A DNA stretch of 62,882 nt, the filler included, from Guillardia theta CCMP2712 (taxonomy: Eukaryota; Protista; Cryptophyta): the NCBI RefSeq assembly GCF_000315625.1. It is 5 parts of 5 records of this genome, joined end to end, with 100 filler letters (N's around TTAATTAATTAA, not from the genome) between each part and the next. Parts side by side here need not be neighbours in the genome. Positions count along the whole stretch, not along the records: positions 20,569 to 45,229 come from NW_005434633.1; positions 45,330 to 50,828 come from NW_005434637.1; 3 more parts are not named here. One strand, 5' to 3'. This document shows positions 36,381-47,545 of the stretch, in pieces. Both the position numbers and the translations under genes were made by a program. Each line of letters opens with the position of its first letter. The stretch's first letter is position 1. The notes under the pieces are model-generated. The model ran no database searches and was not told where the DNA came from. It saw only the letters and a list, made by a program, of their open reading frames with translations.

Positions 36381-39300
36381 CAGCAGCATCAGCATCATCA
36401 GCAGCATGTAGAGCATAAAGCTCGTCAAGTTCTGTTCCCGCCTCTGGATTGAGCGCAATCTCTCCAGCAGATAAGCTCTCCCCCAGCACACCCTTGACAA
36501 CATCCCAACGCCCTCGTCGCCTTGCATGGTCGGCGCAGGTTCTGCCGTAGGCATCCTTCCTAGCGACGAGCTCTGTTCCTCCGGCATTCACCAGGGCTCT
36601 GACCACATCTACACAACCCATCGAACATGCTGCATGCAACAACGTCCTCCCATGCTCATCCGGAGACATGAACGTCTGCCAGCGCTCCTGAAGCTCTGCC
36701 AGCAACAAACTTCCTTGCGTGTTGCCGGGGCACATGATGAGGAAGCACATTCTCAGAGCACGAAGGTAGACATCGTCACACTTTAGGTACTGAGACATTC
36801 TTTTCGCCGTGTCTGTCTGAAGGTAGACTTCTGGACCAACCAGCCTCAAGGCTGTTAAAATAGTCCCTGCGTTCTCCTCGTTCCTCATCTCTTCAAAGCA
36901 CATCAGGGATTTGTTGTCCTTGCACAGTAAGATTTCCTTTCCAAAAAGCTGCACCAATACCTCAAGTGCAGCCTGGCTTCCACTTGTACACGCCTCGTGC
37001 GCGCACGTCCTACCATTCTTGTCCGCGCACATGACCAGGTCCTTGCCCCCTAGCTCCAGCATGGCCTTCAGCCCCTCGACGTCTCCACTCGTACACGCCT
37101 CGTGGAGGCAGGTCCTACCATTCTCGTCCGCGCACATGACCAGGTCCTTGCCCCCTAGCTCCAGCATGGCCTTCAGCCCCTCGACGTCTCCACTTGTACA
37201 CGCCTCGTGGAGGCAGGTCCTACCATTCTCGTCCGCGCACATGACCAGGTCCTTGCCCCCTAGCTCCAGCATGGCCTTCAGCCCCTCGACGTCTCCACTC
37301 GTACACGCCTCGTGCGCGCACGTCCTACCATTCTTGTCCGCGCACATGACCAGGTCCTTGCCCCCTAGCTCCAGCATGGCCTTCAGCCCCTCGACGTCTC
37401 CACTCGTACACGCCTCGTGGAGGCAGGTCCTACCATTCTCGTCCGCGCACATGACCAGGTCCTTGCCCCCTAGCTCCAGCATGGCCTTCAGCCCCTCGAC
37501 GTCTCCACTTGTACACGCCTCGTGCGCGCACGTCCTACCATTCTTGTCCGCGCACATGACCAGGTCCTTGCCCCCTAGCTCCAGCATGGCCTTCAGCCCC
37601 TCGACGTCTCCACTCGTACACGCCTCGTGCGCGCATGTCCTACCATTCTTGTCCGCGCACATGACCAGGTCCTTGCCCCCTAGCTCCAGCATGGCCTTCA
37701 GCCCCTCGACGTCTCCACTCGTACACGCCTCGTGGAGGCAGGTCCTACCATTCTTGTCCGCGCACATGACCAGGTCCTTGCCCCCTAGCTCCAGCATGGC
37801 CTTCAGCCCCTCGACGTCTCCACTCGTACACGCCTCGTGGAGGCAGGTCCTACCATTCTCGTCCGCGCACATGACCAGGTCCTTGCCCCCTAGCTCCAGC
37901 ATGGCCTTCAGCCCCTCGACGTCTCCACTCGTACACGCCTCGTGGAGGCAGGTCCTACCATTCTTGTCCGCGCACATGACTAGATCTTTGCCCGCGATCT
38001 CCAAAAGGATCTTCAGAACGACAGAGTGTTTGTTTTCTGCAGCTTCATGCGCGCAGGTCCTGCCGTGTAAGGATCGAGTCAAGATCAACTTGACCCCTCC
38101 AGCTTCAACGGCGACTCTCATGGCGTCCAGTCGTCCGCGTGAGCAGGCGTCGTGCAGGCATGTTCTACCTTCGTCGTCTTGTATGTGAACAATTTCGTTG
38201 CCCGCTACCTCTATCAGCGCCTTCAGCACCTCAGCAGACCCGTTCTTACAAGCCTCATGCGCACCGGTCCTCTGGTTTCTCCGAGACATCAAGGCAAGCT
38301 TTTTGCCTCCGACCCCCAACACTACCCTGAGCGCGTCCGCGTGTCCGTTGTCGCATGCTAAGTGCGCGCAAGTCGACGAGTTGTTTCTGATTTCCCAGAA
38401 AAGCTCTTCATTGCCTGCCTCAGCCGCGAGCTTTACAAGCGTCTTCAAGACCTCCGCTTGTCCGTGCTCACAGGCAACATGGGCACAGGTGTTTCCCAGA
38501 TCATCTTTCCACTTTAGAATCTCAGTTCCCTTGAGTTCAACAAGCAGCAAAACTAGATGCACCTGCCCGTACTCACACGCTGCATGCAGCACGGTTGTCC
38601 TGGTCTTGACGGTTTGAAACACCAATGTTGCTCCCGACTCAATCAGCTTTCGTGTTGTGTGAGTGTATCCCAAGGAGATTGCAAGTTCGATGTAGCTGCT
38701 CCTCGTGTCACTGTACCTCATGCTTCCATCCAGCTTATGGCCTGCGAGCTTGAGAATCTGTAGCAGATCCGCCTGTCCCCTCTCGACAGCTTCAGCAGCG
38801 GCGGATAGTTCCCATCGATTGATCGTTGCCGGCCAGAGACCCAGCAGCTTGCATGTCTCAGCAGCTGCCTCTGCTCGCTCCTGGTCGTCAGTGTCGACAG
38901 CCCATACCTTCCTTGTCAGGTGAGCTAGCTTGCGCTGGTGCACCATCCTCAGATCCTCCCTGACTAATCGGTCGCACGCGTCTCCAGACGTGTGCTTCAA
39001 CCAGAAGTCTAACTTGTTCATGGACATCTTCTTCAGATTCGCTGCCTGGGTGAGAGCTTGGATATGGAACGCGTCATCATTGAATTCATGAGCCTTCGAC
39101 TCCCGGTACACCCTCAACAACTCATTGCACTCGTCGGTGATAGACTGCTTCAACTTCCAATGATTACCTTCATGTATGTCCCAATCGCTCTTGGAGAGTC
39201 GTTCGTTTACCTCCGCAGACGCCATCACGACATTGAGATTGGACTCAATATCCTCCACTATGTTGCTGATCAAGGCCATGAAGAGCTGTTTCCTCTTTCC

Positions 39301-40886
39301 CAGTATGTCTTCGATCGTCGAACAAGTCATGTTGGAGTTGATCTTCAAAGGCAACACACGGACCAGCACTCCGTTCCCGAGCTCCCGCATTTGAGGCTTC
39401 TTGATGAGTTCGAGGTAGGACAGCGGGGGATACAGTATTTCCTCTTCATCTGGGTACTGAGAAAGGAACTTGACCGAAGCTCCCCGGTCGACGGCCCCAC
39501 AAGAGATTTCAAACACAGTCGGGTGATCCCCTCTCGTGGCATACTCCAGCGCAACTTGGACGTCCGTCGTGGTACTCATCATGCCCAGCTCGACTCCTCC
39601 TGACACTCCGTACTGATCCTCCTCCAGGAACTCCCGAGGAATCTGCAGGCCATGAAACCCGCGGTAGACCACTCTCTCCTTGGGCAGGACCGTCACCTGG
39701 GACAACTTGATGATGCCGCTGACGATGCAGAAGATCGTAGTCGTGTACTTGTTCCCTCTGAGGGCAGCGACCTCGGCTGATTTAGCTCCGTTGCTGATGT
39801 CGGAAGGGTTCCGCAGGACTGTGTTGTACTTGACGAACATCGGACCTGCTCGGGCATTGAAGTAAGATGCAACACGTCTCATGTAGGACACAGCATGTTT
39901 CATGTGAGACACTACATGTCTTCAGTAAGACACAACATGTCTTATGTAAGTTACAACATGTATCAAGGGAGACCCTCTGACTGTCAAAGTACAACAACTT
40001 CCTCCTCACCTGTGTAGAGCTGGAGGGCGATCACCTCCTCCTTCGCAAGTCCTGCCATGATGACGTGGGGCAACTTAAGGATGTCCTCTGCCGCTTGGAT
40101 ACGCCTCTTGCCCACAGAGTGCTGCTTCCTCCTCTCTGCGTCCATGACAGAGGACCACTCCTTCATCGGAGTTGTCGTGGATCCATAGTTGTGCGAGAAG
40201 AACTCAACATCGGAATCCCCTTTCATGCAGTGCTCGTTTCTCATCCCTGCCATCAGATCGGCCGTTGGTAACCCGATGTCCTGGATAAGCCCATCGTGAA
40301 ACTTCGACAACTTCCCAAAGACAGCCATCTTGCCCTCCTCCATGCAAAATTTGGTGTTCTCGCAGGCATCTGCTCTTGTGTTCCTTTCGCTCTTGTCTCT
40401 GGACCTCACTTTCATCTTCGCTGCCACTGCCATCAACACATCGGCAAACTCCGTCACCCACTGTTTGTCGTCACAATCGCACAATCCGGCGAGCGGACTG
40501 TCTGGCGTTCCTCCTGGGATGAGTTCAGCTAGAGACTGCAGGATGCCCTGCTGGGCAAGAGCTTGAGACTTCAGGCTGATTTCCCATTCCCTAGCGATAG
40601 CGTCCCGATACTCTGCAAAAGATTCCTGGCGTTCAGAATGAGCGCGGAGAATGTCCTTGGCTATGTTCAAGTCTATGCTGAGCTTGCTCTCCAAGGAAGA
40701 GACGCTCCCAGCGCCTCCAACCTGCCCTGCATTCTTATACCCGTCGGACAAGTCAGCTAACTCTGAAAGCACGCCAGTCGGGAGCGCCCAACTTGTATCA
40801 TCGGGGGATACCTTGTTCTTGCGCGGAGAGCTCCCTTGATGCCTGATGCAGAAAGCTCTCTTCGCTCCCTTGATGCAACTCATCAT
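36280..40886 (-). CDS. R-S-E clade (ARTC-type) mono-ADP-ribosyltransferase fused to a long ankyrin repeat array; 2 exons (intron 39846-40009), about 1480 aa
   Basis: Splicing gives IALQLYTG|PMFVKYNTVLR. Catalytic motifs are VYRG, MSTT and SQYPDEEEILYPP. Many G-x-T-x-[LA]-H-x-A-C ankyrin units follow. Confidence 0.9.
36977..37980 (-). repeat. 105-bp coding tandem repeat x~10 (35-aa ankyrin units), near-identical at DNA level
   Basis: Unit GKDLVMCAD[K/E]NGRTC[L/A]HEACTSGDVEGLKAMLELG is visible in both DNA and protein. Confidence 0.97.
39862..39966. repeat. 21-bp degenerate tandem repeat x5 (GTAAGACACAACATGTCTTAT) inside the ART intron
   Basis: Five aligned units with an ACATGT-like palindromic core. 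Confidence 0.8.
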
Positions 40887-41006
40887 GCCTGATGCTGGGA
40901 GACTGTTGAGCTAACTCTACCTCTCCTCCACACTCCCCTCCACCATCGCCTTCACTTCCACTCTTATCCCAAGGACTTATCCCAGGCCTCACTGTGATCA
41001 AAAATA

Positions 41007-41037
41007 TACTCAAAGTTAAGTTAAAAATCAGTACGAG
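41007..41037 (+). repeat. Dispersed conserved motif, copy 3
   Basis: Identical to 23138-23168. It lies 120 bp upstream of the ART ATG and is inverted relative to copy 2. Confidence 0.9.
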
Positions 41038-41546
41038 CAGTTATGTCTCGACCTATCAGGCTGGGTGGCCCCGGCAGTCCGATCCGGCGGACCGGCCGGG
41101 CCGGGCCGGCGGAACTGGGGCTGTAGGTTTGCCGGATAGGATCCTGCGAATCTTCAGTGCAGCGCACCGCCCAGCAGCAGTGAGTACTCGGAAGGCACTG
41201 ACGACTTGCACGAGGGGTCACCTACATGTATTATATCCCCGTCATTTTATAATACTTGTACGGACCACTGCTGGTACAAATGATCGAATATTGTTCGTGT
41301 GTATAACTTTTTAAAATTCGCTCAGCCTGTACCCCACCAGAGGTCCCAAACGTCACACCATATACCCCCACTAATTCTACCCCCCAATCTGTACCCCCTT
41401 GGTCCCACTACCCACATATTCCCTATCTGAACCCCCATGTATCCCGTGTCGGTGCCCCCATTTCGTACCCTACCCCCATCTGTCCACCCCACCGTGAAAA
41501 GACGGTCAATTGCCGTCAAGCATTATTCACATCAACGCACGTAGGC

Positions 41547-44500
41547 ATGCTGGCTCGTTGCGGGCTCATAGCCTCGCTCGTGTGCCATGCCTTCGCTCAG
41601 TATGATGGGATGACGGTCATCGGAGTCTCTGCCCAGACGTTTTCATACATGGGCAAGAATGGTCTGATCCAGCAAGATCCGAACTCCCAAAAGCTCACTT
41701 CGATCTACCGGCTGAACTTTCAAACAGTCGAAAGTGTGTTGATACAAGTTCTGCAGTCATCCAATGAAATTTACATAGTATCAAAAGGAGGGAATTATAA
41801 GGTTCTTTCTAGCTCATTGACAAGTCTCATCTCATCGTTTGCTGGAGAGACGAGTCTAGGGAAAATTATTTTGCAAAATGGAATTGTGTACGATCCCTCA
41901 ACGCAAACATCTACTGCAATTGATACCAGCAATCAGTTTCAAGCAAGTTTTGTCAGTAGAACTTTTTTTGCTGGCTTTGTTTCATCAACAGATTCAACAC
42001 AGCAATACAAAATCTACGACACGAACTCGGCCGGGCGATTCAGCTTTGGAACTTGCAGTGGGCCAATAATGGTTGCGCTTGACAGCACAACCATTCTCTT
42101 TGGTAGTTGCTCATCAAATTCCGATGCGCTGCTGGACACAAAAACGGGAGCGCGATCAGCCGTTTCATCTCCCCTCCAGTTCTCTTTTTCTTTTTCTGCC
42201 GGACTACATGCAGAAGTTGATGATGGAGTCATTTTCTTGTCTTCATCGTGCCCCTTTGGTGGAAACATGAGCGATCGATTTCCTTCAGGAAGCAACTACC
42301 GAATCTGCCATGTTTCTCCTGCTGGAGTAGTTCAAGGTCTTTGTGACAGCGACTTTGCAATTTCTCAGTATTCGTACTATGGGTTCTCTGCAAACCGACC
42401 AGCGCAATTGTTTGTTTCGAAACAATACGTAGTGGTCATGGAGGTCCAATCTGTCGGTTACGTCAAGTTAGGCGATCCCACCAAGAGAGTAGCATATACA
42501 GATACGAACACCATTTTATGCATGGCACTTGTAGATGATGTGATCTACTTCCAGGTAGAAAAGACTGATGGAAAGCTCTACCTTGGAATGTATGATATGC
42601 CAAGTGCAAAACAAATCCTTTTCTCGCCTGTGGACACTCGTTGGGATTACCTGATTCCCTTATCTTTTCCTCTCAACGTGCTACTGCCCCTTAAAACTTA
42701 CAGCGGTGGATCGAACAGCACAAGCACTGCAGCTATCGTTGGTGGATCGATCGGAGGCGTTGTTGCCTTGTTGCTCCTCTTCCTTGGCTTTCGGTTTGCG
42801 AGACAGGGGAAGTCCGGGGTACCCTTGCTTGATGTTCTGTTTGGATGCTGTGACAGGCGGAGAGCAAAACGATCTACTGCTCAGACGAACAAGGTGCAGA
42901 AAAAAGGTTCAAACACCGCGATTGAAAGCGCAGAATTAAACTTTGCTTCTTCTCAATTTTCTAATACCGACTCCAAGATGTCGGAGCTGGGAGAGATCGT
43001 TTTGACAGGGACTGACTTGTCGTCCATGGATGACAAGACGTCAGACCTCGAAGAGATGGTGTTCACAGGAACGCCTTGGGTACAAGATGTTGCTGGAAGT
43101 GTTGCCAGCTGTGTCCTCAGCATCGGACAGGCAGCTCCAATCTTCGGAAGTATCTTCGTGATCCTAGGCGAGATCAAGAAACATGTTGATACCTACCGAG
43201 CTGCCGAGCAAGAGTGTCAGAGAATGTCAGCATGGTGCTCGGGAGTGATGGTCAGCATTGCTAGACTCGCCGAGGAAGTGAAGAGCCTGGATGAGAGCAC
43301 AGAACAACTGCTCGACCAAGTTGTTCTCAAGCTCCAACAGTTTCGTGATCTTATCACTTCTCGCTTGACCTCCCAAGGGATTGGAGGCCGTTTGTATGCC
43401 TTCTGGACATCCAGCGGCTTCCTGGTAAGTGTTGCTCTCTGAACAGCAACCCTTCTGATGATGACGTGGCAGAGCCAGTCCAAGGAAGTGCAAGCACAGC
43501 TGGAGCTGGTCATGAGCAACCTGATGCGCCGACTGCAAGCAGACACGCGTGTGGAGGTCAACCAGATCTTGCAGCGCTCAGCTCTCCTGCCGCAGATGGA
43601 CAAGCAGCTGACTGGCATCATGGATCAGCTGCAGGACCTGGGAGGTGAAGCTCGAGGAGCTTCTTGTGTTGTTCTGACAGTCAGCTATGTCAGGTGAGAT
43701 TCAAAGCCTGCGGAATGATGTGAACAAGGTGTTGGAACAAGCAAGTCGACTCAGCGGGAAAGAAGCTTCCAAGAAGCGACGATCGTCCAACCTTGAGCGC
43801 TTCTCTATCGCCGCATCGCAGATGCAGATCGAGGCAGAGCCCTTCGCTAAGGGAGGGTCCTGCCTGGTGTACCGGGCAAAATACTCCAACATGCTTGTCT
43901 GTGCCAAAGTGTACGACATGCGAGGATACAACATGACTCAGATGCGTCAAGCTCAAGACAACTTCTCGCGCGAGATTGACTTGCTCTGCCGCTTGTCTCA
44001 CCCCTACGTCCTCCGCATGTTCGGCATCTGTGCAGACAACCCCACGAGTTCCGATCCTTGTGACTGAACTAGCTCAGGTACGAGGAGAGGGGCGAAGAGA
44101 CTGAGAAACATGTTGGACCATCGCACGAGGGTTTATGACGAGAGCGCAGGGAGGAGATCTCCGAGACTACATCGACGCTCGCGGGGTGCAAAGTGAGGAA
44201 GAACGTATCAGGATCATCACGGAGCTTGCTTTCGGCCTCGATTATCTACACGCCAAGGATGTAAGAAGCAGCTTCGATGCTACTCAGCTGCCAAGACTGA
44301 CAACCTGCAGATTGCACATAGGGATTTCAAGAGTCGGAACGTCCTCCTGACCATGGACAAGACTTGCAAGATCTGCGACTTCGGGTTGTCGAAGGAGACA
44401 GGCAACGACACGACCGCAGGTTCAAGCCTCGGCACTCCTGCATGGTCAGCCCCTGAGATCTTGAGAGGAGAATGTCGAGAGGTAAGATAAGATGCGAGCC

Positions 44501-44906
44501 AGAGTCGCTGGTTCCCTGCCCTTGTTTCCAGTAGCTGAAGCTGACGATCAGGTCCAAGAGTACCTCCGAGCTGACGTGTACAGCTTCGGGGTTGTCGTGT
44601 GGGAGGTTCGCGCATAAGCGTCGCACGATCTAGAGTGACCTGGTTGCCAGCTTGAGACGGGCCGCGTTCCCCATTCCGAATGCGTCAACGTGATCGAGGT
44701 CAGTGCGCTCCCGCTGACTTGTCAACCGTCATCACCTGACATCTTTTTACCGTCAGATCATCACCGTCGTTTGTGTTCAGCACAAGATGCTGGAAATCCC
44801 TTCGACATCCTCGGAAAAGATCTCAGAGCTCATGAAGAGATGCCTGGTTCCCGAGGGCGCGAGCAGACCCAGCATGACGCAGATCCTAGAGCTCATCGGG
44901 TCGTGA
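41547..44906 (+). CDS. Receptor-like TKL protein kinase: signal peptide, ~375-aa beta-rich ectodomain, one TM helix, MLKL-N-like helical domain, kinase; apparent +1 frameshift at about 44040
   Basis: Signal MLARCGLIASLVCHAFA and TM IVGGSIGGVVALLLLFLGF. Helical APIFGSIFVILGEIKKHVDTYRAAEQECQRM. Kinase motifs AKGG, VCAK, HRDFKSRN, DFG, GTPAWSAPE, DVYSFG and RPSM. Stop TGA at 44904-44906. Confidence 0.85.
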
Positions 44907-44985
44907 AGTTGTTGAACTTGTTCTGCCACTACAAATCTATCCGATCAAGAAACTTGAACTTGAATTTAATGATGAGTCTCCTTCG

Positions 44986-45009
44986 CTCCAAGTTAAGTTA
45001 AACTTCAGT
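44986..45009 (+). repeat. Dispersed conserved motif, copy 4 (degenerate)
   Basis: CTCcAAGTTAAGTTAAActTCAGT has three mismatches to the core. It lies 80 bp after the kinase stop codon. Confidence 0.65.
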
Positions 45010-45437
45010 GGACCATCAGCCTCAGTCCAACTCCCGATGTGACTCCGGACCGTGCTCGGCAGCCGGGCCGCGGCCGCGGCCGCGGCCGCCCCGCGTGACT
45101 CAGTGACCGTACCGTACTGCCACGGTACACGGTACTGCCGGGCAGCCCGGCGGGCCGGGGCCCGGGAGTCGGAGGCAGTAGGCCGTCAGGTAGGCCGTGC
45201 CATCTGGAATGATGTGGGGGCCGCATGCGNNNNNNNNNNNNNNNNNNNNNNNNNNNNNNNNNNNNNNNNNNNNTTAATTAATTAANNNNNNNNNNNNNNN
45301 NNNNNNNNNNNNNNNNNNNNNNNNNNNNNTCCCTCTCTCCCTCCATCCCCGCTCCCTTCCTCCCTTCCTCCGTCCCTCCCCCCCTCCCTCCCTCTCCCTT
45401 CTCTCCCTCTCCCTCTCCCTCCGTCCCTCCTCTCCTG

Positions 45438-47095
45438 GGTCTCACGTCCCCTCACAGGCGTGATCCGCTTCGTCGTGCTCATTGTGGACTGCTCGGAAAG
45501 CATGAACCAGAGGGACATGCGGCCAACGCGGCTGGGGGTGGTGCAGCAGGTGGAGAGCTCGGTTGGTAGGAGCATGGCGCATGACGGGAGAACAGGTTGT
45601 CGGCAGCTTTCTGGACAACTTCTTTGATCAGAACCCGATTTCTCAAGTCTCTCTCGTCGAGCTGCGTGGAGGGAAGGCAGAGAAGCTAACAGAGCTCTCG
45701 GGTAACAGCAGACATCATAAGAATAAGTAAGATACTTGTTTGAACTCTCCTGCCCCTGCCCCTGCCCCTGCCCCTGCCCCTGCCCCTGCCCCTGCCCCTG
45801 CCCCTAATCCTCATGCTCCCTCCCAGCTGTCCAAAGCTGTTTCCTTGCCGTGGTGTGTGAAAATTCTTCGCTCAGTGCACATGTCGCAGGTTGGAGGAGC
45901 GCCTTGCTGCGCATAGGAGTGCTGGCGCGGGCATGCCCTCCATGCGTGCAGGTTTAGAAGTTGCGCTTCAGCTGCTTGAAATGCAGGCGTCGTATGGGAC
46001 AAGAGAAGTGAGTTTTGATGAGGGCTGTAGAAACAAAGTTCAAGAATGGAAGAATAGGATGGTTGTTGCTTGAGTGCGAGTATGATGTTTACTTGGTCAG
46101 GTTCTTATGATGTACGGATCTTTGAGCTCATGCGACCGGGGGGACATCTTTCAGACTGTAAGACAAGAGTGCCAATCTTCTGATCGTGACTGCTGATGTG
46201 CAGGCAGATCGTTTGAAGTCAGCAGGAGTTAAAGTGAATATTGTAAGCTCGTCTCCTCCACTCTTCGCTCCGCCTCTTTGATGTCTTTCTGATCTCTCTC
46301 TTCGAATAATCTTTCTTTTTCTGCTTGCTGAATGTTGGGCTCCTCCACTCCAGGTTGGTATGGCCGCTGAGTTGTACGTGGCGAGGGCAGTCAGCAAGAG
46401 GACGGGAGGAAGCTACAGGTTGATGGCTTCTTCTCGCTCCCTTCCTCCTCATGATCCGAACCTCCAGTGTGGCGACCCATGCGGTTCAGGTCAGGGACAT
46501 GGTTCTCAAGCATACGTCGCCGTCGCCGGTGGAGGAAGGAGAGGGCGGGAAGGAGAAGCCAGCGGCAGGCATGTGGGTTGGTTTTCCTCGAAAGAGCTAC
46601 GGAGCTCTAGGGGGATGGCAGTGTCCTCGCTGCATGGATGTGGTGAAGGAGGTGAATCAACCACAGCAATGGCAAGAATGTTCATCTCTGATTTACTTTC
46701 CTGGTTCAGATTCCAGCAGACTGCGGCCTATGCGGCCTGAAGCTCCTTTCCTCCTCCCACTTGGCCCGAAGCTATCACCATCTCTTTCCCGTCCAGTCCT
46801 TCCATGAGCTCGAGGACGAGGAGGTATGACCCCCTCGGGGTCCCTTGTCTGCACCGGTCACGCGTTTCTACCCTCAGGGCCCGGCCACATCGACCTCGAC
46901 ATGCGGCGGGTGTGGCGTGCTGCTCGGCAAGGAGTCGAAGCATGTATGCCCGGCGTGCAAGCAGGCGAGGAGCAGTATGTTAGATACGCTTCCCTGACGC
47001 AACGGCAGGTGTTCTGCGGCCTCTGCGACGGGTTCATTCACGAGATGCTACATGTCTGCCCGGGGTGCGAGGGCAGAGAAGCAGAGGCGAGCTGA
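45438..47095 (+). CDS. GTF2H2: TFIIH subunit p44 (Ssl1), multi-exon; 5' end in the gap
   Basis: GVIRFVVLIVDCSESM..DMRPTRL, FFDQNPISQ, LTELSGN, GSLSSCD, CPRC, LARSYHHLFP, and FCGLCDGFIHEMLHVCPGC. Confidence 0.93.
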
Positions 47096-47545
47096 AAAGA
47101 AGCGGATGCCAGGGAAGTTGACACAGTCAAGGGGGCAGAACGGGTGGAGACGGGGAGACGGGCAGGCGGACATGAGGGATACGGATGACGGGGAGGAGAT
47201 GTCAGCCATATCGGGGAAGGCCACCAAAAAGGTTCTTTTTCGCGATTGGGGTTACACCTATGAACTGACCGGATATGTCATTGAGCCTGAAATAAAATCC
47301 TTTCGAGGGGTTGATATCCATTTGGTTTCTTTTACTACACGATTTTCCTCGTGACTACTGTCAGCGATATCCAAGAGACTTCGTTCAGCAGGCGTGTGGA
47401 ATTCGGGATATGGATTTACGTCACTTCCCTGGGGCACGAGAACGCAACAGCACCAGCACCTCCGAACATAGCGATCCCTCCCCCTCCTCTCTCCCTCCAC
47501 ATAGTCATCCTCCCTCCTCCTCGCCCAGACAACCTTGCTGAACCC

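Noticed and set aside
36911-38188. 425-aa antisense ORF over the ankyrin array
   Set aside because: A by-product of a stop-free 105-bp repeat on the opposite strand.
36188-41037. Autonomous DNA transposon around the ART gene
   Set aside because: No transposase or recombinase ORF and no evident target-site duplication. Kept only as a hypothesis about the motif.
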